Shown one piece after another: positions 40,317 through 50,411 of a DNA stretch of 64,000 bases. The stretch lies in IMG/VR virus record IMGVR_UViG_3300036770_007539, positions 1 through 64,000 of that record. The stretch is one strand, 5' to 3'. The translations under genes were made by a program, and so were the position numbers. How positions within the stretch are numbered: position 1 is the stretch's first letter; each line of letters opens with the position of its first letter. Under the pieces are notes generated by a model. It was given only the letters and a program-made list of their open reading frames with translations. It did not search any database and had not been told where the DNA came from.

Positions 40317-41030
40317 ATGACTTTTCCTGTAGACCTATCATCTAGAAATAAATATATTCTAGATTCAATAAAGATTAAACAATATGACGCTGAATGGATT
40401 CCGCTCAGAACTTCCAATGGCAAACACGATGCTACGTTTTATGTTAGCGGTGACGCTATTAAAGTAAAGGGTGTTCGTGTTAATGTATCTGCAGCAATGC
40501 AGCAGCAAATCGCTGATATGTTAGATTGTATGTTGCTAACTCCCAAGTTAGCAGATTTGAGGTTTGCTCAGGCAGATATTCAATTAGAACCATTGCCTAG
40601 GCAAATTACTAGCAGCACTCAAGCAATGGTAGAGCAATCAGAAAAGATAGATAATCTTTTGAAAGGCAAAGATACCAAGGGAAAGATTATTGATTCCGTT
40701 GGAAAACATTGGTGCATAGGTAATAAGCTAAAAAATTCTATCAAGTCTATGAATTACGGTTGGCATTTTAAATCAAAAACAGGATCCTTTAAGGGAATTA
40801 AAGGTTATCTTTCAGATTCTAAAATTACAGAAACTTATGTTATTCAACCCTCTGCGCTAGCCCATGATAAAAATCATACTGATTATTCTCAGGTTTGCGT
40901 CTTAGTTAAACAAGATTGTTTGGTTAATTGTAATAAAATGAGTCTAAAAGATGTTTTGTCAGATCCGGAGTATGCAGATTTAGCTTCACATGAGGGTGTT
41001 GTATCTGTTTTGCGTCAGCCTGGAACTTAA
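40317..41030 (+). CDS. Conserved-looking hypothetical protein (YGWH...IQP...H..DYSQ), possible enzyme
   Basis: QQIADML...TPKL.D, GKHW, NYGWH, VIQP, HDKNHTDYSQ. Confidence 0.55.
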   Translation: MTFPVDLSSRNKYILDSIKIKQYDAEWIPLRTSNGKHDATFYVSGDAIKVKGVRVNVSAAMQQQIADMLDCMLLTPKLADLRFAQADIQLEPLPRQITSSTQAMVEQSEKIDNLLKGKDTKGKIIDSVGKHWCIGNKLKNSIKSMNYGWHFKSKTGSFKGIKGYLSDSKITETYVIQPSALAHDKNHTDYSQVCVLVKQDCLVNCNKMSLKDVLSDPEYADLASHEGVVSVLRQPGT

Positions 41031-41548
41031 ATATGACAGAAGATAAAAAGAAAGAATTTTTGTCACAAGTAAAATCGAAGGCATTGTTAGCAGTTTGGAG
41101 TTTACCAAACAAGCCTACAAAACCAGAGCCACCATCACCATTTCAAGAATTTCACTGTTCATTAGATGAATTAATAAATAAATTCATTGAAGAAAATGAT
41201 TTTGCAGAGATTAAAAATGGAAAATTCCTCCATGCAGAAGAATTCTTCTTATGGTTAAGCAAGCTAGCAGCTTCTGATAAGTTAGTCTTAAGATGTTTTA
41301 ATGATCCAGGTCAAAATCAAGTAGAGGATTGCGACCTTTACATGAATATGGATTCATCTCAATTTGCTTTTCAGCAGACAGAATATGAAAAAAATCTTTT
41401 AAAATACGAAAAAGATTTATCTGAATACGATGAAAAGTGCTTAACAATTATTGATGAAAATATTAATAATTTGCAAAAACATATTAATTCTATGCTTGAG
41501 GCTAAAGAAGCTTTATTAAAAAAATAAAGAATAATTTCACATGATTAT

Positions 41549-42031
41549 GTGATGCTTAAATTCTCTAAAATAAGCCTTGATAAAGGTGAAAGTTCTCACT
41601 ATTCGTCCAAAGTGGCAAATATCTTGCTCTATTGCGAAGATGACGAGACTGTTTTTTTAATCAAAAGGTCTGATAATGTTAGTCATCCTGGTCGATGGTG
41701 TGCTCCGGGCGGGCATGTAGAAAATGATGAGTCTTTTGCAGAGGCTGCTATTCGCGAATCTAATGAAGAAGTAGGTGGGCTTCCAAAGATACAAAAGAAG
41801 TTAGATCAAAATATCATCATTGATGATAATAAGAAAATTGTTACTTATGTTTGCTTGGTACCTTTAAAATATAAAGAAAAATGGACACCAGTTCTAAACG
41901 ATGAATCTGAAGAGTGCAAATGGTTTCATGTTAATGAAATTCCAGAGAAGGCATTTGATACTATTAAAAATATAATTTCCGACTTGCCTTCTTTGCTTAG
42001 GAAAGCAAAATACGCATCTTATCTTAAATAA
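41549..42031 (+). CDS. NUDIX hydrolase
   Basis: Nudix box GGHVENDESFAEAAIRESNEEVG; AATAATTTCACAT-N6-GTG start. Confidence 0.9.
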   Translation: MMLKFSKISLDKGESSHYSSKVANILLYCEDDETVFLIKRSDNVSHPGRWCAPGGHVENDESFAEAAIRESNEEVGGLPKIQKKLDQNIIIDDNKKIVTYVCLVPLKYKEKWTPVLNDESEECKWFHVNEIPEKAFDTIKNIISDLPSLLRKAKYASYLK

Positions 42032-42567
42032 GATAGAACGCTTCTGATTAATCTTACTCTTTCTTGCATAGATTCGCTGTTAATTTGAATGTAGTTCAAA
42101 TTAAATAACTCAAACATGAATTTAATATTGGCATCAATGGCTACCATTTGGTCCCAGTTAACAGATTCTCTGACTCCATCGTTTTTCATTGTGGCTTTGC
42201 TGGGCTTGACTAAGAAGATGACTACATCTTTATCTTTTAAGGATTTAATGTAATTTTGGCACTTCTCATCATTGATTAATTTATGGAGTTGAGTGCCATG
42301 CTGAGCCATGTAAGCTAAATTATCGAAGCTTCTATCTGAAACAAATGATAAATGTTTTGATTCTTCATTAATTTGGCGATAGAAAACTTCTGTTTGATAT
42401 TGGTCAATGGCTTCTAAATTGACTCTTAAGGTTTCTAAGGATATTTCTTTCTCAGCTAAAACAGTTCTAGCTACTTCACTGAGGAATGGAAGATTATATT
42501 CTTTAGAAGTAAGCCTAGCTAAGGTAGATTTTCCTGAAGCGTGGCAACCGGTGAAATAAATTCTCAT
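42019..42567 (-). CDS. P-loop nucleotide kinase-like protein (AAA_28/NadR-type)
   Basis: IYFTGCHASGKST, EVAR, FVSDRS.DNLAY. Confidence 0.75.
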   Translation of the reverse strand: MRIYFTGCHASGKSTLARLTSKEYNLPFLSEVARTVLAEKEISLETLRVNLEAIDQYQTEVFYRQINEESKHLSFVSDRSFDNLAYMAQHGTQLHKLINDEKCQNYIKSLKDKDVVIFLVKPSKATMKNDGVRESVNWDQMVAIDANIKFMFELFNLNYIQINSESMQERVRLIRSVLSYLR

Positions 42568-42615
42568 GTTTCTCCTAATATTTTTTCATATTAATTGAAC
42601 TAGTCTGGCTTAACT

Positions 42616-43365
42616 ATGAAAAAATTAATTATCTTTGATTTGGACGGCACACTTGCCGAATCTAAATCTCCTATAACTAAATCTATGAGCATTGCTCTAA
42701 AGAAATTACTGCAAAATTATTCAGTTGCAATAATTTCAGGTGGAGCATTTCTTCAATTTGAAAAGCAATTTTTAAATAATTTATCTGTACCCGAAGATTT
42801 ATTATATAATTTATACTTGTTTCCCACTTGCGCCACATCATTCTTTAAATTTAAAGACAAACAATGGCAAAAAGTTTATTCTGAAGAGCTTTCAATTGAA
42901 GAAAAAGAAAAAATACTACAATCTTTTAAATTTACTTTTGAAAAAGTAGGTTTTGAAATTCCTAAAAAATTACTTTATGGAAACATTATTGAAGATCGAG
43001 GAACTCAAATTACTTTTTCTGCTCTAGGGCAAGATGCCCCTGTAGATCTTAAAAAGACTTGGGATCCATCGCATTTAAAAAGATTAAAGATGATTGAAAT
43101 ATTACAAGAGTATTTGCCTGATTTTGAAATTAGATCGGGCGGCTCAACTTCTATTGATATTACTAAAAAAGGAATCGATAAAGCTTATGGAATTGCTAAA
43201 ATTCAAGAATATTTAAAATTTTCTATTGACGAGATGCTCTTTATAGGTGATGCTATATTTCCAGGCGGCAATGATTATGCTGTAGTTTCAACGGGGGTGG
43301 AGTGCATTTCAACTCCAAGCCCAGAAGAAACGCAATTCATAATTTTAGAGCTATTAAAGAATTGA
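42616..43365 (+). CDS. HAD-IIB phosphomannomutase-like protein
   Basis: FDLDGTL, ISGG, IEDRGTQITFS, GGSTSIDIT..GIDK, FIGDAIFPGGND. Confidence 0.85.
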   Translation: MKKLIIFDLDGTLAESKSPITKSMSIALKKLLQNYSVAIISGGAFLQFEKQFLNNLSVPEDLLYNLYLFPTCATSFFKFKDKQWQKVYSEELSIEEKEKILQSFKFTFEKVGFEIPKKLLYGNIIEDRGTQITFSALGQDAPVDLKKTWDPSHLKRLKMIEILQEYLPDFEIRSGGSTSIDITKKGIDKAYGIAKIQEYLKFSIDEMLFIGDAIFPGGNDYAVVSTGVECISTPSPEETQFIILELLKN

Positions 43366-43390
43366 CGCCAGCTCTCATCGGGGCTATGCT
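43362..43390 (+). promoter_or_regulatory. Sigma70-type promoter
   Basis: TTGACG-N17-TATGCT inside an imperfect TTGAC...GTCAA inverted repeat. Confidence 0.7.
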
Positions 43391-43421
43391 GTCAACTAAT
43401 GTTCCTACTAACAGGGGATTT

Positions 43422-44876
43422 ATGATTAAAACTTGGTCAAAATATCAATCAGATATTTTTAATTTTATTAAAAATAATTCAGACAATTTAATTGTTGAAG
43501 CTTTGGCAGGCAGTGGAAAAACTTCTACAGCTGTTGAAGCATTAAAATATGTTTCTCCAGGCGAGAAAAGTATTTTCGTAGCATTTAATAAGAAGATTGC
43601 TGACGAATTACGAACTAGGGTTCCTGATTATGTCTCTACAGGAACGCTTCATTCTGTCGGATTAAAACATATTTCTAAGACTTATAAATCTGCTGTCGTG
43701 GCAGATAAGATGACTTTAATTTACAAGAAAGTCCTAGGAGAAGATAAAGAAAAAAACGAATTAATTTATCTTTTAACCAAAGCCGTTTCACTTTGTAAGT
43801 CATCTTTGGTTGATAAATATGAAGATATTGATGATTTGTTAGATCGTTTTGACATTGAACCTCCACACGACGTTGAACGTGCAACTTTTATTAATCATAT
43901 TATTTTCGGGTTAGATGCCTGTTTAAGGAAAACATCGTCTATTGATTTTGATGATATGATTTATTTTCCAGTAAAATTGAATATTCCAATTGATCAATAT
44001 GATAATGTCTTTGTAGATGAGGCGCAGGACTTAAATCCTGCGCAAATTGAATTCGTGCTTAAATTAGTTAAGCAACCAATTCCATCAAAAAGAAAATCTA
44101 AGAAAAATGATGGCAGTAAAGGTCGTTGCGTTGTCTTTATGGACCGCAACCAAGCAATTTATGCCTGGAGAGGAGCTGATTCAAATTCCTATGACAAGTT
44201 CAAGGAAAGACTCAGTGCGAAGGCGCTCCCGCTGTCGATCACATACCGATGCCCCCACAGCGTAGTAAGAGAGGCACAGAAGCTTGTACCCCATTTAGAA
44301 GCTGCTCCAGGAGCATCAGAAGGCTCCGTAGACTGGCAAGAGTATGACAAGCTAATTTCTAACGCTCCAATCGGCTCTTATATTATTTCTAGGACTAATG
44401 CTCCTTTGATTAGGACTGCTTTAAAGTTGATTAGGCAGAAAACTCCTTGCGCAATTCTAGGCAGGGACATTGGTGATAACATTAATAATTTAATTAAGGC
44501 TTCAAAAGCTAAAAAAGTAGATAAGCTACACGCTTATATTGAGAAATGGAAAAATAAAGAGATGTCGAGACTGCTAAGTGTAGGCAAAGATATTAATCAT
44601 ATTTTAGATAAGTATGAATGTCTGGAGGCTTTGATGGAGGGTTGCGACACAGTAGATCAAGTTAAACAAAATATCGCCTCTCTCTTTATAACCAAAGACC
44701 CTAATCGCATTGTTACTCTGGGATCTACCCATCAAATGAAGGGTTTGGAATCAAAAGAAGTGTATATGTTCATTAATACATATAATGAATCTTCTCAGGA
44801 AGAAAAAAATCTTAAATATGTAGCAATTACTAGATCAAAAAACAATTTACATTACGTTAAATATCCTAAAAAATGA
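43422..44876 (+). CDS. UvrD/REP-family SF1 helicase (probable start 43422)
   Basis: ALAGSGKT, AFNKKIA, VDEAQD, DRNQAIY.WRGA, TYRCP, THQMKGLE, YVAITRSK. Confidence 0.9.
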   Translation: MIKTWSKYQSDIFNFIKNNSDNLIVEALAGSGKTSTAVEALKYVSPGEKSIFVAFNKKIADELRTRVPDYVSTGTLHSVGLKHISKTYKSAVVADKMTLIYKKVLGEDKEKNELIYLLTKAVSLCKSSLVDKYEDIDDLLDRFDIEPPHDVERATFINHIIFGLDACLRKTSSIDFDDMIYFPVKLNIPIDQYDNVFVDEAQDLNPAQIEFVLKLVKQPIPSKRKSKKNDGSKGRCVVFMDRNQAIYAWRGADSNSYDKFKERLSAKALPLSITYRCPHSVVREAQKLVPHLEAAPGASEGSVDWQEYDKLISNAPIGSYIISRTNAPLIRTALKLIRQKTPCAILGRDIGDNINNLIKASKAKKVDKLHAYIEKWKNKEMSRLLSVGKDINHILDKYECLEALMEGCDTVDQVKQNIASLFITKDPNRIVTLGSTHQMKGLESKEVYMFINTYNESSQEEKNLKYVAITRSKNNLHYVKYPKK

Positions 44877-45847
44877 ATAAAAAAATACTTATATTGGGCA
44901 ATGGATTTATAGCTTCTGAGTTTTCTAGGAGCTATTCTCCTTATTTATATAATTTCGATCCTGATTCCTTGGTGAAGGCAAGTGATTCTTCTCCTCCTGA
45001 ATATATTGGAGCCCTGATACAGGTTCCTTTATTATCATCAACGGATGATAAAGTGGCTCAGTACTTTGATAAAATTCCAGTAAACCACGATTCTATCATG
45101 GAGATTGTTAGCAGATATCAGCCCAATGTAATTATTAATTGTATTGGTAAAACTGGAAAGCCAAATGTAGACTGGTGTGAAACTCATCAAGATGAAACAG
45201 TTGAAGCTAATTTAATATTTCCTACATTATTAGCTCAGATTTGTAATAAGCAGTCTATTCATTTAGTTCACATTGGTAGCGGCTGTATAAATTACGGAGC
45301 ATCGCCTCGCAGCATTGGATGCATGTATGAGCCTGGATGGAGGGAGACGGATTTTTCAAATCCTAAATCTTTTTATTCAAAAGTTAAATATGCGGCTGAT
45401 TTGGCTTTATCAGGTTATGATAATGTCACCATTTTCAGAATTAGAATGCCAATTTCACCAATGCCCAACCCTAGAAACTTGATTACTAAGTTATTGGGCT
45501 ATAAGAAAATCATTCAAGAGCCTAACTCAATGACTTTTACAGTAGACGTTTTAAGAGCTTGCAAATGGGCAATTGACAATAATAAATTTGGTATTTATAA
45601 TTTGGCTCACAAGAATCCTTTGACGGCTTATAATATTGTAAAAGAATATTGTAAATATAATCCTTCCCATCAATTTGAGTCTTTGAGTTTGTCAGGGCTA
45701 AGTTCTTTGACTACGGCTACAAGATCTAATTGCATCTTAGACCTGTCTAAGATTGAAAATGACGGATTTATATTTTCAGATCTAACCTTGGAATCTTGTA
45801 TACGTCAATATTTTAACAATGAAAACATTCAAAGAGGTAATTCATGA
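44873..45847 (+). CDS. NDP-4-keto-6-deoxyglucose epimerase/reductase (RmlD/NRS-ER-like)
   Basis: ILILGNGFIA, NCIGKTGKPNVDWCE, SGCI, SFYSKVK, RIRMPI, PRNLITKL. Confidence 0.85.
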   Translation: MNKKILILGNGFIASEFSRSYSPYLYNFDPDSLVKASDSSPPEYIGALIQVPLLSSTDDKVAQYFDKIPVNHDSIMEIVSRYQPNVIINCIGKTGKPNVDWCETHQDETVEANLIFPTLLAQICNKQSIHLVHIGSGCINYGASPRSIGCMYEPGWRETDFSNPKSFYSKVKYAADLALSGYDNVTIFRIRMPISPMPNPRNLITKLLGYKKIIQEPNSMTFTVDVLRACKWAIDNNKFGIYNLAHKNPLTAYNIVKEYCKYNPSHQFESLSLSGLSSLTTATRSNCILDLSKIENDGFIFSDLTLESCIRQYFNNENIQRGNS

Positions 45848-46960
45848 CTTACATTCCTAAATATACAGAAGATTTTGTAAAAACCCCATCAAGTCATTTA
45901 CTTAATAAACAAGAAAATCGTATTTTGACCTCGGTAATTGTTTCTACAATTCAAAAGCCTGGAAAAATGGAATCAACTCCATATGCTTTTGATCTTAGTG
46001 TCTTTTCAATGCCTCAAGATATGCAGAAGTGGTGCTTTGTTTTGACATTTGACGAGGATTCAAATATTATTGCTGGTTCATGGTTCTCTGAATATGAAAT
46101 AACAAAAATTTCTCCAATCTCAAATGATTCAAATGAGAAATTCGTTTTTGATAAATGCCTTGAAAGATATGAGACTTTTATGGAAAAATTAAAAATAGAA
46201 TCAGATTACGAGATTTAAAATGAAAGATAGCATCCTTAAAAATATTAAAAAGGGTATCTTTTCAGATTTTAAAGAAGAAAAAAGTAAACCTAAGAAAAAA
46301 CAACTTTCTTTTGATAAAGAAATTAAATTTTTAGATTGGGATGATAGAAATCATATATCTAGAATTATTCTTCTTCAAAAAGAAGTCACTATAGTTACTC
46401 CTCAAAAAGATTTAGCTACTTCAAAAGACGCTAGACATATTGTTTATGTGACAATTGATAATCATAATGCATGGATAGAGGTTGATTTTGGATGTCTAAC
46501 TATGCTAAATGATATTCCATCGCTTCAAGTTTCTGTTTGGAACAAATCAAACTTATCTTATTTGAAGCATTGGTTAAGCAAGGTATTTGATGAAATTTAT
46601 ATTCAGCAAGCTGATAGGATTGTTGTTAGGGCGAGAGGCAACTGGAGATCTAAAATTGAAGAAAAATGATACAAGTAAATATAAGGTTGGAGATTTTTTA
46701 AAAATAAAAACTGCAGTAATAGATAATTTTGAAAGAATAGTTGTTAAAGACTATGAGGAAGAACATCAATTAAAGCTTTTTGAAATTATTGCTGTTTATT
46801 TTGTCCATAAAGAATCTCCTCCTTCTTATATGATTTTAATAGAGCCTAATATGATAGGATGGAATGTAAGCAAATCTCATCAGTTGTATTATGATTTGAA
46901 TGAAGGGTTGCTGGGTCGTAAATTCTATGATGTGACTGATGATTTTATAGTTGAATAAAT

Positions 46961-47761
46961 ATGCAATCTTTAAGTGAAAGACAGGAACATTATAAATCTC
47001 CTTATGATTACGAGATCATGAGGAGATTGCCTATTATCATCAGCATTGATGGTAGAAATTTTTCTAAACTATCAAAGAATTTATCAAAGCCTCATTCTAC
47101 TCATTTAAGCAAAGTGATGTCAGATGCCTTGCTATATACGATTACAGAGGTCCAAGGTGCTGTTTTTGGATTTACTTTTGCAGATGAAGTTTCTATTATT
47201 GTAAGAAACGATCAAAATTTTGAAACTGAGCCATGGTTGAATAATAAAATACAGCAAATAGCATCTTCTGCTTCTTCTATTTTTACGCTGGCTTTTTACA
47301 AACTAGCTTTGTCTTTAGAGCTGGAACTACTGGGAGATTCAATTTTTAAATCTCATGTTTGGGCAGTGCCAACTCTGGTAGAAGCCTCCAATTATATTAT
47401 ATACAGACAGCAAGAATGTTATAAGTCTGCTTTGAGATTAGCTGCTAATCATGAAATATCTAAAAAAATAGGTCCAAAAAAAGCTTTTGATTTAATTCAG
47501 GGAAAGTCTATTGAAGACAAGATTGATTTGTTATTAAAATATGCAGGTATAAATTTTCATGAATACTATCCATCTTATTTTTATAATGGAATTGCGGCTT
47601 ATCGAGCACCCATTTTAATAGAAAGCTCAGAAGAAACTTTTGCCAGGAACAAATGGATAATAAACTCTGAAATACCTTATTTTTTAAATAATAAAGATTT
47701 CTTATTTAATATTCTTTTAAATGGCAAAGATATTATTAGAGTTTCAGGCTCTGATGATTAA
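46961..47761 (+). CDS. tRNA(His) guanylyltransferase Thg1-like protein
   Basis: IIISIDGRNFSKL, FTFADEVSII, W.NNKIQQI.S. Confidence 0.85.
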   Translation: MQSLSERQEHYKSPYDYEIMRRLPIIISIDGRNFSKLSKNLSKPHSTHLSKVMSDALLYTITEVQGAVFGFTFADEVSIIVRNDQNFETEPWLNNKIQQIASSASSIFTLAFYKLALSLELELLGDSIFKSHVWAVPTLVEASNYIIYRQQECYKSALRLAANHEISKKIGPKKAFDLIQGKSIEDKIDLLLKYAGINFHEYYPSYFYNGIAAYRAPILIESSEETFARNKWIINSEIPYFLNNKDFLFNILLNGKDIIRVSGSDD

Positions 47762-47862
47762 ATTATTGTCGATAGATATATCTGTCTGATATAGTTTAAA
47801 CGTGACTTGGGTTATTCAAGTTGCATTTCAGTTAAAATAATTTATTATAAATTGGAGAAAAT

Positions 47863-48342
47863 ATGTCAAATTTTAAAATTGAACTAGACCCTAGAGAAGA
47901 TAAAGATAGCCAGATTTATTATCTGAGTAAAAAATCTGGTCCACTTATTCTAAATTTAAGAAAAGGAGTTGCTTTTTTAATTTTTACCTCAGAAGACGGT
48001 AACGAGGAACTGCAAATTGCCAATTTAGACAATGATAATGGTCATTATTCTACCTTCTACAGGAAAGATGACCGTCTTAAAATTCGTTTAGATAAACGCC
48101 AAGATTCTTATGGTAAAAGCTTTTACGTTGCTAAAATGAAAGCAAATTTTAATATTGACTGTTCAGATGTAAGTTTTTTGGCTTTCCTATCAAAGGACGG
48201 TAAAGAAGAACTTCAAATAGTTGGTAAGCTTGATAATTCTTCTCGCCAAGAAAGAGTTTCTAAAAAAAGAAAAATGGTACCAGTAGCCACAGCTACGGTA
48301 TCGGTTAATTCTGAGTCAGAACCAGTTTCAGCAGCCAGTTGA
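47863..48342 (+). CDS. Hypothetical protein made of two ~55-aa repeats
   Basis: KI.LD.R.D....(Y/F)Y..K...V.FL.F.S.DG.EELQI occurs twice. Confidence 0.75.
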   Translation: MSNFKIELDPREDKDSQIYYLSKKSGPLILNLRKGVAFLIFTSEDGNEELQIANLDNDNGHYSTFYRKDDRLKIRLDKRQDSYGKSFYVAKMKANFNIDCSDVSFLAFLSKDGKEELQIVGKLDNSSRQERVSKKRKMVPVATATVSVNSESEPVSAAS

Positions 48343-48649
48343 TATAAATAATGAAATTTTTTAAGTTTGAAGATTTGTGGAATTATTCTGAAAAAATATC
48401 ATCTAATGATCAAATCTCATTGGATGATTCAGAATCTAAAATTTTAGAATCTTTAAAATCAGGAAAGTATGGAGAGGTATTATATTATCTTTCTAATATT
48501 TCCAGAGACAAAAATATTAATATTTTTGTCGAGTTGCAGAAGGCTGTGACCGATCATTTCGTTGCACAGCAGGAAGACGATTAAGTCAAAATTTTTTGAA
48601 TTGACAAGATCGATGCCAGGTATTACCACCCTATAGGAGGTGAATCGCA

Positions 48650-49210
48650 ATGTGGAATACCTGGTTCTTCTTTTTTTTACTATTCAATCCTGAGCCGCCT
48701 GCTACTTCAATTTTGGATTTAATTAATCCAATCCCTTTAGAGGGGTCTTGTAAAGGGTCTGCCATTATTGAATGGCAAGGAGACTCTAAAAAAGAGTCTA
48801 TTCAAATTGTTAACGAAACATGCAATAATGCAGTTTTAAATTTTAAAAAGTTTTTAGATTATAAAAAAATTTCTTATGATGAAAATTTAAATTTATCAGT
48901 AAATATATCCGTTTTAGATTCTGGATTTAAAAATAAAGCGTTAAACGATCCTAAAAGATTTACAAATGGTATTGTTCCAAGGGATAGTGAAGGATATGTT
49001 TTAATTGCACATGGCTATTATAGCTTAAAATTAAAGCAGATTTTTATATTTAATAAAATATTTATCAATAATAAGTCTAATAAATTTTTTAAAAACGCAT
49101 TATCTCATGAAGTATTTCATGCTTTAATACATCAAAATAATATTAAACTTCCCTCTGAGCAAGAGGAAGTTTTAGCTATTCAATTTTCTAAATTTTTAGG
49201 ATTGTGGTAA
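48650..49210 (+). CDS. HExxH metallopeptidase-like protein with hydrophobic N-terminus
   Basis: GYY...IFI...LSHEVFHAL...EEVLA. Confidence 0.6.
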   Translation: MWNTWFFFFLLFNPEPPATSILDLINPIPLEGSCKGSAIIEWQGDSKKESIQIVNETCNNAVLNFKKFLDYKKISYDENLNLSVNISVLDSGFKNKALNDPKRFTNGIVPRDSEGYVLIAHGYYSLKLKQIFIFNKIFINNKSNKFFKNALSHEVFHALIHQNNIKLPSEQEEVLAIQFSKFLGLW

Positions 49211-49648
49211 AGAGGATTTTAATAAATACAATCTCTCTTCAGAAGAATTTGCCTGCGCTGCAAGCAAATCATCTATACCCAAAGATAATTTATCTTCTTC
49301 ATCCAACACAGTTCTTAACTTTTTAGAAAGTTTTAAGAAAGATTCCTCTGCTCGAACTGCATTTTTAAAACAATTAATTGGAATAGAAGCATCTAATTTG
49401 ACATTTTCTGAGATGTGATTTATAATTTCACATTGCTTTTCAAAGCTTACTAATTTAGTATCAAATACTCCTATAATTTTTTCTGCGGTAGCATCTACGT
49501 CTTCTACTATTCCTTCATACAGTCTTTGAAATAGCAAATGGTCTTGATAAAATGAAAGACCAGCGCATTGCCAATGACAATTCTGATACATCAGATATAG
49601 AAATCTTAGGTGCCCTAAATACCATGGTAATAATTTTTCACTATTCAT
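49196..49648 (-). CDS. Dps/ferritin-like protein
   Basis: HWQCAGLSFYQDHLLFQRLYE...D..AEK; CATAATTGAACAT-N6-ATG. Confidence 0.8.
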   Translation of the reverse strand: MNSEKLLPWYLGHLRFLYLMYQNCHWQCAGLSFYQDHLLFQRLYEGIVEDVDATAEKIIGVFDTKLVSFEKQCEIINHISENVKLDASIPINCFKNAVRAEESFLKLSKKLRTVLDEEDKLSLGIDDLLAAQANSSEERLYLLKSSLPQS

Positions 49649-49664
49649 ACTAAAATGTTCAATT

Positions 49665-50411
49665 ATGGATAAAACGCTAAATATAAAATTAGATCTGGAC
49701 GTTAAATTGTTGTGTGTTAGCGATATACACGAGCATCCAGACCAATTTTTTGAAATTGTTAATAAATTTCCAATCTCAGAAAAAATGAGATTAGTTGTTT
49801 GTGGTGATATTTTTGATAAAGGATATGGCTTTTCTGCAGCAGAAAAAATTATTAATAAATTAAAATATCACATGGATCTAGGTCAAGCCTACTTTATTAA
49901 AGGCAATCATGAGCTAAAAAATATTAAAAAAAGCAGACAGGCTGGTTCACTATCTCCATTAATGAAATGGGTAGATAATCAGCCTATTTCTTTGTCTTTT
50001 ATTTATAATAATTCATCTAGATATACCGTTGTTCATGGGGGAGTTGATGGTTATATGGGATGGGATGATTTAGTTTATGATCTGAGCGTTTGTTATATTC
50101 GATACTTATCTAATAGTCATAAAAAAATGATACCCATTAAAAAAGAGCAAAAAGATGGACTTATTGTCTATACTCCAAAAGATCCGGAAAATTCTTTGTG
50201 GCATGAAGTATATGATGGTAGATTTGGTTATATTATTTCAGGTCATAATAGCAATCCTTCTGGTCCAAATTTTTATAAATATTCTTGTAATATTGATACG
50301 GGAGTATTTGACTCTGGCAAATTAACAGCTGCAATCTTTTCTTCTAAAGGGCGAGAAGAAATTTATCAAGCAATAGGGAAGGCTTATAAAGATGAGCAAG
50401 TTATTACCTGA
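49665..50411 (+). CDS. Calcineurin-like metallophosphoesterase
   Basis: SDIH, GDIFDKG, GNHE, VHGG, SGH, IDTG. Confidence 0.9.
   Translation: MDKTLNIKLDLDVKLLCVSDIHEHPDQFFEIVNKFPISEKMRLVVCGDIFDKGYGFSAAEKIINKLKYHMDLGQAYFIKGNHELKNIKKSRQAGSLSPLMKWVDNQPISLSFIYNNSSRYTVVHGGVDGYMGWDDLVYDLSVCYIRYLSNSHKKMIPIKKEQKDGLIVYTPKDPENSLWHEVYDGRFGYIISGHNSNPSGPNFYKYSCNIDTGVFDSGKLTAAIFSSKGREEIYQAIGKAYKDEQVIT

Noticed and set aside
25149-43421. N-terminal extensions given in the ORF track (25149, 31642, 34890, 37079, 38482, 43302)
   Set aside because: They run through promoters or upstream genes; downstream starts with SD or motif support (25203, 31774, 34929, 37169, 38530, 43422) are preferred
48351-48584. MazG-like pyrophosphatase
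   Set aside because: Only the GEVLYYL..I helix resembles MazG; the EExxE metal ligands are absent
48601-48630. Sigma70 promoter at TTGACA 48601
   Set aside because: No convincing -10 at 16-18 bp spacing; kept only as a dyad observation
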